A model generated the notes under the pieces. The model worked only from the letters and a program-made list of their open reading frames with translations. It was not told the origin of the DNA and did no database searches. From assembly GCA_963675595.2 (NCBI GenBank), contig CAXXLZ010000001.1:1472001-1536000 (forward strand): a DNA stretch of 64,000 nucleotides, in the 5' to 3' direction. Source of the stretch: Thermodesulfobacteriota bacterium. GTDB lineage: Bacteria > Desulfobacterota > Desulfarculia > JACQYL01. A program made the position numbers and the translations under genes. Shown here in pieces: positions 56,541 through 64,000 of this stretch (position 1 is the first letter of the stretch; every line of letters starts with the position of its first letter).

Positions 56541-56948
56541 ATGAAAGAAGTGATGGCGGTCATCCGCATGAACAAAATCAATCAGACGAAAGACGTTCTG
56601 GTGAACGCGGGGTTCCCCGCCTTTACGGGCATGAAGGCAGTGGGTCGCGGCGTTCGGGCGGTGGATTTCGAGGTGCTTCAGGCCATCAGCGACGATCCCA
56701 AGCTCAACCCCGACGTTCTGTCTTCCATCTCCCAGGGACCCCGCCTCATTCCCAAACGAGTCATCAGTCTGGTGGTGCCCGATGAACTGGTTCCGGACGT
56801 GGTGGACATCATCACCAAGGAGAATCAAACGGGAACTCCCGGCGACGGCAAAATATTCGTGTTGCCCGTTGAAGAGGTCTACCGAATTCGCACGAAACAG
56901 TCGGGGAGCGAAGCCATCGATGAAATGACCGGACATCAGGAGACTTAA
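56541..56948 (+). CDS. nifI2: PII-family nitrogenase regulator NifI2
   Basis: MKEVMAVIRMNK, RLIPKR, NQTGTPGDGKIFV. Confidence 0.92.
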   Translation: MKEVMAVIRMNKINQTKDVLVNAGFPAFTGMKAVGRGVRAVDFEVLQAISDDPKLNPDVLSSISQGPRLIPKRVISLVVPDELVPDVVDIITKENQTGTPGDGKIFVLPVEEVYRIRTKQSGSEAIDEMTGHQET

Positions 56949-56951
56949 TCC

Positions 56952-58583
56952 ATGCCAAGCAAACGTATGAAAAAAGCCCCCGCCATCGACATGCAGGAGT
57001 TCGTCGAGGACTTGGTGAACCGATACCCGGCCAAGGTCGCCAAGAAGAGGCGGAAACACTTCGTGGTTCGGGACCCGGCCGAAGGTCAACCCATTGATGC
57101 CAACGTTCGCACCATTCCCGGCATCATCACCCAGCGGGGATGCTGCTACGCCGGCTGCAAGGGCGTGGTCATCGGTCCCATCGGGGACGTGGTGCACATC
57201 ACTCACGGCCCCATCGGCTGCGGTTATTACAGCTGGGCCACGCGCCGCAACCTGTTCAAACCCAGGGAAGACGGCAAGAACTATCTACAATACTGCTTTT
57301 CCACCGACATGCAGGAAGAGGACATCATCTTCGGTGGTGAGAAAAGACTGAAAAAAGCGATCCAGGAAGCGGTCGCCATCTTCAAACCCAACGCCATTAC
57401 CGTCCATGCCACCTGTCCGGTCGGTCTCATCGGCGACGACGTGCAGTCGGTAGCCAGGGAAATGGAAAAGGAACTGGGCGTCCGGATTCTGGCGTTCAAC
57501 TGCGAAGGATACAAAGGTGTAAGCCAGTCCGCGGGTCACCATATCGCCAACAACAACCTGTTCAAACAGGCTGTGGGAACCCTGGAGGAAGTTCCGGACA
57601 CACCTTACAACGTGAATATTCTTGGAGAGTACAACATCGGAGGAGACGCCTGGGAGATCGAGCGCGTATTCGAACGATGCGGCGTCCGAATCCATTCCAC
57701 CTTCAGTGGTAATGCGGTCATCGACGATATTCGGCAAGCGCACACCGCCGGAGTCAACCTCATCATGTGCCACCGCTCCATCAACTACATGGCTGAAATG
57801 ATGGAAACGGCCTACGGCATTCCCTGGGTCAAAGTGAACTTCATCGGCGTGGAAGCCATGGCCAAATCCATGAGAAAGATCGCCCGGTTCTTCGACAACG
57901 AAGAGCTGACCAACAAAGTGGAAGCGGTCATCCAAGAGGAAACCGCCGAAGCGGAAGCCGCCCTCGCCCCTTACAGAGAACGGCTCCAGGGCAAGACCGT
58001 GGTGCTCTTCGTAGGAGGATCGCGTGCCCATCACTACCAGGCCTTATTCAAAGACCTCGGCATGGTCCCCATTATCGCCGGTTATGAGTTCGCTCACCGG
58101 GACGATTATGAAGGCCGCCACGTCCTCCCCACCATCAAGGTGGATGCGGACAGCCGAAACATCGAGGAGCTGGAGGTGGGCAGGCATCCCGAAAAGTACC
58201 GTCCGCGCTTGGACGAAGCCAAGTACGAAGCTCTCAAAGCGGAGGGCATCGTGGACAGCTATTCGGGCATGTGGGAGGACATGGGCGAAGGCACTCTCGT
58301 CATCGACGACGTGAGTCATCTGGAGCTCGAGATGCTCATCAAGAAGTTCAGGCCGGATATGGTGTGCTCGGGCATCAAGGATAAATACGTCATCGAGAAA
58401 TTCGGGGTCCCATCAAAACAGCTCCACAACTACGACTACAGCGGCCCTTACGCCGGATTCCGCGGCGCCGTAAATTTCGCGCGGGAGATCGATATGATGA
58501 TTCACAACCCCGCCTGGAAGCTGGCTCGCGCCCCTTGGGACCGGGAGCCCGTTCTCAAAGCCGAACTGAACCGGAACCAATAG
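56952..58583 (+). CDS. nifD: Nitrogenase MoFe protein alpha chain (clostridial type with insertion)
   Basis: RGCCYAGCKG, HGPIGC, SQSAGHH, FeMoco ligands MCHRS and QLHNYDY; insertion HRDDYEGR..DADSRNIEEL. Confidence 0.98.
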   Translation: MPSKRMKKAPAIDMQEFVEDLVNRYPAKVAKKRRKHFVVRDPAEGQPIDANVRTIPGIITQRGCCYAGCKGVVIGPIGDVVHITHGPIGCGYYSWATRRNLFKPREDGKNYLQYCFSTDMQEEDIIFGGEKRLKKAIQEAVAIFKPNAITVHATCPVGLIGDDVQSVAREMEKELGVRILAFNCEGYKGVSQSAGHHIANNNLFKQAVGTLEEVPDTPYNVNILGEYNIGGDAWEIERVFERCGVRIHSTFSGNAVIDDIRQAHTAGVNLIMCHRSINYMAEMMETAYGIPWVKVNFIGVEAMAKSMRKIARFFDNEELTNKVEAVIQEETAEAEAALAPYRERLQGKTVVLFVGGSRAHHYQALFKDLGMVPIIAGYEFAHRDDYEGRHVLPTIKVDADSRNIEELEVGRHPEKYRPRLDEAKYEALKAEGIVDSYSGMWEDMGEGTLVIDDVSHLELEMLIKKFRPDMVCSGIKDKYVIEKFGVPSKQLHNYDYSGPYAGFRGAVNFAREIDMMIHNPAWKLARAPWDREPVLKAELNRNQ

Positions 58584-58607
58584 TCCGGTCGGACTGGAGA
58601 ATTCACC

Positions 58608-59981
58608 ATGTTGAACCACACGCCGAAAGAGCTGACCGAACGCTCGGGTCTTCGGATCAATCCCGCCAAGACCTGCCAGCCCATCGGGGCCATGTACGCG
58701 GCTCTGGGCATTCACAAATGTCTGCCGCACAGTCACGGCAGTCAGGGCTGCTGTTCCTATCACCGCAGCCATCTGACACGCCACTACCGTGAACCCGTCA
58801 TGGCCTCCACCAGTTCGTTCACCGAAGGAGCGTCGGTATTCGGAGGAGCCCCCAATCTGACGCAATCTCTCAAAACCATTTTTCAGGTTTACGACCCGGA
58901 CATCGTGGCCGTGCATACCACGTGTTTGTCCGAAACCATCGGCGACGATATTCCTTCCATCATCAAGAAGGCAACGGACGAAGGAATCATCCCCGAAGGC
59001 AAACGCGTCATTCATGCCAACACGCCCAGTTACGTGGGTTCCCACGTCACCGGCTTCTCCAACATGGTTCGCGGAATGGCGAACTATTTCTCCGAAAAGA
59101 AAGACCCCTTCCCGGCGCTCCTCAACGTGATTCCCGGGTATGTGGAACCTTCGGACATGCGCATCATCAAACGCATGCTCGCCGAGATGGGCGCCCCCAG
59201 CATCGTGTTTCCGGACACCTCCGACGTACTGGATACCCCTCAGACGGGAACCTACCGCATGTTTCCCAAGGGAGGCGTTACGGCGGAATCCCTGGCTCGA
59301 ACGGCCGACGCCGGTCTGACCCTGGCTCTCGGGTCCTTCGCCTCGGAATCCGCCGCCCAGTTGTTGAAAGAAAAATGGGGTGTACCATTTGAAACCCTGG
59401 ACCTGCCCATCGGTGTACAGGCCACGGACCGCTTCATCCACTCGGTGATGGATCACACGGGCAAAGGAATCGCCGAATGCCTCAAAACGGACCGGGGGCG
59501 CCTCGTGGATATGATGTGCGACATGCAGCAATATCTCTACGGCACCACCGCGGCTCTTTTCGGCGATCCGGATCAGCTTATCGCCCTCACCGAGTTCCTG
59601 TTGAGCATGGGAATGCGGCCCAAATACATCATCACCGGGACCCCGGGGAAACGCTTCGAACTGGCCGTCAAAGGCTTGTTCAAAGACGCCTCGGCCCGTC
59701 CCGTCATCAAGAGCAACGCGGACCTGTTCTACCTGCACCAGCTGATCAAGAACGATCCCGTGGACCTGCTCATCGGAAATACCTACGGAAAATACATCGC
59801 TCGATGCGAAGACATCCCCCTGGTGCGTTTCGGATGGCCCGTTCTCGACCGCATCGGCCACACCTACTTCCCCACCGTGGGGTACCGAGGCGGCATGCAC
59901 CTGTTGACTCAGATCGTCAACACACTGCTCGATCGCAAAGACCGGGACAGCCCGGAAGAGCGTTTCGAACTCGTCATGTAA
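58608..59981 (+). CDS. nifK: Nitrogenase MoFe protein beta chain
   Basis: INPAKTCQPIGA, HGSQGCCSY, TTCLSETIGDD. Confidence 0.98.
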   Translation: MLNHTPKELTERSGLRINPAKTCQPIGAMYAALGIHKCLPHSHGSQGCCSYHRSHLTRHYREPVMASTSSFTEGASVFGGAPNLTQSLKTIFQVYDPDIVAVHTTCLSETIGDDIPSIIKKATDEGIIPEGKRVIHANTPSYVGSHVTGFSNMVRGMANYFSEKKDPFPALLNVIPGYVEPSDMRIIKRMLAEMGAPSIVFPDTSDVLDTPQTGTYRMFPKGGVTAESLARTADAGLTLALGSFASESAAQLLKEKWGVPFETLDLPIGVQATDRFIHSVMDHTGKGIAECLKTDRGRLVDMMCDMQQYLYGTTAALFGDPDQLIALTEFLLSMGMRPKYIITGTPGKRFELAVKGLFKDASARPVIKSNADLFYLHQLIKNDPVDLLIGNTYGKYIARCEDIPLVRFGWPVLDRIGHTYFPTVGYRGGMHLLTQIVNTLLDRKDRDSPEERFELVM

Positions 59982-59993
59982 GGAGGCTGATCC

Positions 59994-60296
59994 GTGAAAA
60001 AACCCGAAGTCCATATTCTCGTCTGTGCCAGCTTTCGCGGCACGGAAGCCAAGGGCAAATGCATCAAAAAGGGCTCGTTGAGCTTGATTCAATATCTCGA
60101 AGAGGAATGCGCGGACCGATCCATCGACGCCGTGATCTCGAGCACCGGGTGCCTCAACCTCTGCGATAGGGGGCCCATCCTCGTGGTCTATCCCATGGGA
60201 CATTGGTACGGGGGGATCGAAGGAGAGGACGCCATCGACGAAATCCTGGACGCCATAGAAGAAGGCAAACCGGCCGAGCATCTGCTCCTGGCCTGA
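59994..60296 (+). CDS. Thioredoxin-like [2Fe-2S] ferredoxin
   Basis: HILVC..C..TGCLNLCDRGP..VYP..WY. Confidence 0.9.
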   Translation: MKKPEVHILVCASFRGTEAKGKCIKKGSLSLIQYLEEECADRSIDAVISSTGCLNLCDRGPILVVYPMGHWYGGIEGEDAIDEILDAIEEGKPAEHLLLA

Positions 60297-60311
60297 TTGG
60301 AGAGGCAACGC

Positions 60312-61688
60312 ATGGAAACCGCCTTGTTGGCCGAACGAGTCCGGCAGATTCACCGCAAAGGGACCGACCAATTCCGGATCGACTGCAACAAGGAGAGCGC
60401 CGCCGGAGCGGTGAGCCAACGCGCCTGCGTGTTCTGCGGGTCCCGGGTGGTGCTCTACCCCATTGCGGACGCGGTGCACCTGGTGCACGGCCCTGTGGGG
60501 TGCGCAGCCTACACCTGGGACATCCGGGGGGCACTGTCGTCCGGACCGGAGTTGCACCGCCTCAGCTTTTCCACGGACCTCACCGAGCACGACGTGGTGT
60601 TCGGGGGAGAGCCCAAACTGGAAGCCGCCCTGCGCGAACTCATCGACCGTCATCATCCCAAAGCGTCCTTCATTTATTCCACGTGCATCGTGGGCATCAT
60701 CGGCGACGACCTACGGGCCGTTGCCAGGCGCGTGGAACAAGAAAAGGGCATTCCCGTGATCCCCGTGATGTCCGAAGGATTCAAGGGCAACAAGCGGGAA
60801 GGCTATCACGCGGCGTGCAAGGCCATGCTCGAACTGGTGGGCACCGGAAGCACCGAAGGGATATCACCCCTGAGCGTGAATCTGTTGGGCGACTTCAACC
60901 TGGCGGGCGAAATCTGGATCATCCGGGAATATCTCCGTCGAATGGGCCTCGAAGTTGTGGCCAACATCACGGGAGACGGCCGCGTGGACGACATCCGCAG
61001 ATGTCACGGCGCAGGGCTGAACGTGGTCCAGTGTTCGGGCGCCACTTTGGACCTGGCCAAGATGATGCAGGAAAAATACGGCGTACCCTATATCCGTGCG
61101 TCCTACTTCGGCGTGGAAGACATGGCCGAATCCCTCTACGCCATGGCCCGCCGGTTCGAGGACCGGGACCCGGGCATCATGGACCGCACCAAAGAGCTGG
61201 TGCGTCAAGAGCTGGAAACCCTCCTACCCCGACTCGAACCGTTCAGGGAAGCCTTGAGCGGGAAAAAAGCGGCCATCTACGTCGGGGGAGCCTTCAAAGC
61301 CTTTTCCCTGGTCAAAGCCTTCCGCCTCCTGAACATGAAGGTGGTGCTCGTAGGCTCCCAGACGGGAACGGCCGAGGACTACCAGGAACTGTACGAAATC
61401 ACGGACAAGGGCACCATTATAGTGGACGATTCCAATCCCCTCGAACTCGCCGGCTTCCTTCAGGAACAGGACGTGGACGTGTTCGTGGGGGGAGTCAAGG
61501 AGCGCCCCATCGCCTACAAGCTGGGGGTGGGATTCTGCGACCATAATCACGAACGCAAGGAATGCCTCGAAGGATTCGTGGGCATGTACAACTTCGCCAA
61601 GGAAATCCATCAAACCGTTATGAGCCCCGTTTGGAGGTTCGTTCCCCGGAGACGGCACCATGAAATCGGAACCAAGGACCTACACTGA
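60312..61688 (+). CDS. nifE: FeMo-cofactor scaffold NifE
   Basis: SQRACVFCGSR, HGPVGCAAYTW, CDHNHER. Confidence 0.96.
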   Translation: METALLAERVRQIHRKGTDQFRIDCNKESAAGAVSQRACVFCGSRVVLYPIADAVHLVHGPVGCAAYTWDIRGALSSGPELHRLSFSTDLTEHDVVFGGEPKLEAALRELIDRHHPKASFIYSTCIVGIIGDDLRAVARRVEQEKGIPVIPVMSEGFKGNKREGYHAACKAMLELVGTGSTEGISPLSVNLLGDFNLAGEIWIIREYLRRMGLEVVANITGDGRVDDIRRCHGAGLNVVQCSGATLDLAKMMQEKYGVPYIRASYFGVEDMAESLYAMARRFEDRDPGIMDRTKELVRQELETLLPRLEPFREALSGKKAAIYVGGAFKAFSLVKAFRLLNMKVVLVGSQTGTAEDYQELYEITDKGTIIVDDSNPLELAGFLQEQDVDVFVGGVKERPIAYKLGVGFCDHNHERKECLEGFVGMYNFAKEIHQTVMSPVWRFVPRRRHHEIGTKDLH

Positions 61689-63060
61689 ACGTCCCGGCCG
61701 CACCGCGCCCAAAAGGCCCGGTTATGTGTCCACCACCAACGCCTGCAAATTGTGCAAGCCTCTGGGCGCGGCGTTGGCCTTCCGAGGCGTGGAAGGGGCC
61801 GTTCCCTTTCTCCACGGGTCCCAGGGCTGCGCCACCTATATGCGACGCTATCTCATCAGCCACTACCGCGAGCCGGTGGACATCGCTTCCTCGTCCCTGG
61901 GAGAGAAACACGCGGTATACGGAGGCGGTCCCAATCTCAAACAGGGCCTCAAAAACGTGATCCGAAAATACAAACCGCAGCTCATCGGAATCGCCACCAC
62001 CTGTCTCACGGAAACCATCGGGGACGACGTTCGGATGATTCTCAATGAATTCAGACGCGAGTCCCAAGACATGGACCTGCCCGCCCTGGTTTCGGTTTCC
62101 ACCCCGAGTTACGCGGGCACCCACATGGAAGGGTTTCACGCCGCGGTGAAGGCCCTGGTGGAGCAACTCGCCTCCCCCGCCGAACCTCACGACGGCGTCA
62201 ACCTGTTTCCCGGGTTCGTGTCTCCGGCGGATATCCGCTATGTGAAAGAGATTCTGCACGACTTCGACCTGCCGGGCGTGGTGCTGCCGGACATCTCCGA
62301 AACCCTGGACGGGCCAGCGCAGGCGGAATATTCCGAACTCCCCGCCGGTGGAACGCCTCTCGCCGGAATCCGGGCCATGGGAAGCGCCCGTGCGAGCATC
62401 GAATGGAGCCGAACCCTGGCGGACCGGCTTAGTCCGGGCCGTCATCTGGAAGAAAAATTCGGCGTCCCCCTGCACCGCCTGGGCATCCCTTTAGGCATCA
62501 GTGAGTCGGATCGATTCTTCGAAATCCTCGGCAATCTCTCCAACCGGCCCATGCCGTCCAAGCACGCCCTGGAGAGAGGCCGTCTGGTGGACGCTTACGT
62601 GGACGGACACAAGTACGTGTTCGGGAAACGAGCCGTGGTTTACGGCGAAGAAGACCTGGTGGTCGCCCTGACCGCCTTCCTCGTGGAAATCGGCGTGCGT
62701 CCCGTGCTGTGCGCTTCCGGCGGGAAAAGCGGCCTCTTGGGTCGGGTCATCGGGGAGTTAACCGGAAGCTTCCTGGACAAGCCGCCGGAGGTGCGTGAAG
62801 GCGCGGATTTCTACGACATCGCCGAAGAAGTCCAAGACCTGCACCCGGATCTTCTGGTGGGGCACAGCAAAGGCTTCCGCCTCTCCCAAAAACTCAACGT
62901 ACCCCTGATCCGGGTGGGTTTCCCCATCCACGACCGGTTCGGCGGTCAGCGCCTGCTGCACGTGGGATACCGGGGCACGCAGGCCCTGCTGGACCGCATC
63001 GTGAATGCCGTTCTGGAAAAGAAGCAGGCGGATTCGTCGGTGGGGTACGGGTACATGTAG
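61660..63060 (+). CDS. nifN: FeMo-cofactor scaffold NifN
   Basis: NACKLCKPLGA, HGSQGCATYMRR, GFPIHDR. Confidence 0.94.
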   Translation: MKSEPRTYTERPGRTAPKRPGYVSTTNACKLCKPLGAALAFRGVEGAVPFLHGSQGCATYMRRYLISHYREPVDIASSSLGEKHAVYGGGPNLKQGLKNVIRKYKPQLIGIATTCLTETIGDDVRMILNEFRRESQDMDLPALVSVSTPSYAGTHMEGFHAAVKALVEQLASPAEPHDGVNLFPGFVSPADIRYVKEILHDFDLPGVVLPDISETLDGPAQAEYSELPAGGTPLAGIRAMGSARASIEWSRTLADRLSPGRHLEEKFGVPLHRLGIPLGISESDRFFEILGNLSNRPMPSKHALERGRLVDAYVDGHKYVFGKRAVVYGEEDLVVALTAFLVEIGVRPVLCASGGKSGLLGRVIGELTGSFLDKPPEVREGADFYDIAEEVQDLHPDLLVGHSKGFRLSQKLNVPLIRVGFPIHDRFGGQRLLHVGYRGTQALLDRIVNAVLEKKQADSSVGYGYM

Positions 63061-63151
63061 GTCCAATCCAGGCAAGAATGCTTGAAGGGTCGATGGATCC
63101 CGTCTTGGTCGGGCTCCGCATCCCCTGAATCGATACGAATGGAGAAACACC

Positions 63152-64000
63152 ATGCTTCCTTCTCGAGATCGAACGCGACACCCCTGCTTCAACGCCGGAG
63201 TGCCCTACGGCAGGATGCATCTCCCTGTGGCGCTTCAGTGCAACATCAAATGCAACTACTGCAACCGCAAGTCCGACTGCGTCAACGAAAGTCGGCCGGG
63301 GGTGACGAGCGCGGTCCTCACTCCGGATCAGGCGCTGCATTATACGGAACGCGTGCTCGAGCGGGAACCGCGCATCAGCGTGGCCGGTATTGCCGGCCCG
63401 GGCGATCCCATGGCCAAGCCGGAAGTCACTCTTGAAACCATGCGCCTCATACGACGACGTTTTCCGGAACTCCTGCTTTGTCTCTCCAGCAACGGACTGG
63501 GTCTTCCGCCGCATATGGACGAAATCGCGCGCATCGGCGTATCCCACGTTACGGTGACGTTGAACGCCGTGGACCCGGAAATCGGTGAAAAAATCTACGC
63601 GTGGGTCCGTGACGGAAAAGTGGTGTATCGAAGCCGTCCCGGAGCCGAAATCCTCCTCGCAAGACAGCTCGAAGCCATACGCGGACTCAGGGAACGAGGC
63701 ATTACCGTCAAAGTGAACACCATCGTTATACCCGGTGTGAACGACGCTCATGTAACGGAAGTGGCCAAAACCATCGCGGACCTGGGCGCGAACCTTCACA
63801 ACTGCATGCCCATGTATCCCGTGGCGGACACGCCCTTCGGACACCTGCACGAGCCGGACGCCGAAACCCTGCGAGCTCTCCGTCAAGAAGCCGGGCGGTA
63901 CGTGCCCCAGATGACGCACTGTAAACGATGCCGGGCCGACGCGGTGGGCCTGCTGGAAGAAGACCAATCCGATTCCTTCCGAGAATGCCGATCCTTGTGT
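63152..64000 (+). CDS. nifB: FeMo-cofactor biosynthesis radical SAM protein NifB (runs off window)
   Basis: Manual translation from ATG 63152 (RBS GGAG): HPCF, HLPVA, CNIKCNYC, DCVNESRPG, IAGPGDP, CLSSNG. Confidence 0.95.
   Translation, partial: MLPSRDRTRHPCFNAGVPYGRMHLPVALQCNIKCNYCNRKSDCVNESRPGVTSAVLTPDQALHYTERVLEREPRISVAGIAGPGDPMAKPEVTLETMRLIRRRFPELLLCLSSNGLGLPPHMDEIARIGVSHVTVTLNAVDPEIGEKIYAWVRDGKVVYRSRPGAEILLARQLEAIRGLRERGITVKVNTIVIPGVNDAHVTEVAKTIADLGANLHNCMPMYPVADTPFGHLHEPDAETLRALRQEAGRYVPQMTHCKRCRADAVGLLEEDQSDSFRECRSLC

Noticed and set aside
56952-58583. Alternative (V/Fe-only) nitrogenase
   Set aside because: No vnfG/anfG between D and K, nifE and nifN are present, and the His-ligand context (LHNYDY) is Mo-type.
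58413-60656. 747-aa minus-strand ORF
   Set aside because: Antisense shadow of nifD/nifK/fdx/nifE in GC-rich DNA.

Overview
GC-rich bacterial window that looks like Desulfobacterota (deltaproteobacteria), judged from gene content, sigma54-rich regulation and clostridial-type nif genes. 1-21.3 kb is a signalling block: MCPs, cheW, PAS histidine kinases, two REC-HD-GYP phosphodiesterases, NarL- and NtrC-type regulators and an orphan solute-binding protein. It ends at a 3' fragment of tRNA-Arg(UCG) with integrase arm-like repeats, i.e. an att junction at about 22.2 kb. 22.4-44.4 kb is IS-riddled accessory DNA. It holds a candidate new two-gene defence system: a degenerate-sirtuin/STAND-NTPase/helical-repeat/OB protein coupled to an IS-split protein that fuses a sigma54-activator-like AAA+ domain to a TOPRIM nuclease. 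It also holds a nested IS3-in-IS4 and an uncharacterised cluster of two DUF6765-like metalloproteins, an amidohydrolase, a permuted NlpC/P60 enzyme, a lysozyme-like protein and an IS-split repeat membrane protein. 44.5-50.4 kb is an RND efflux operon. 50.9-64 kb is a Mo-nitrogenase locus (nifA-like, nifH, nifI1, nifI2, nifD, nifK, fdx, nifE, nifN, partial nifB). An IS separates the predicted NifA enhancer from the nifH sigma54 promoter, and a GGA-repeat-rich, Csr/Rsm-like RNA precedes nifA. All domain calls are by eye, from motifs; no searches were run.
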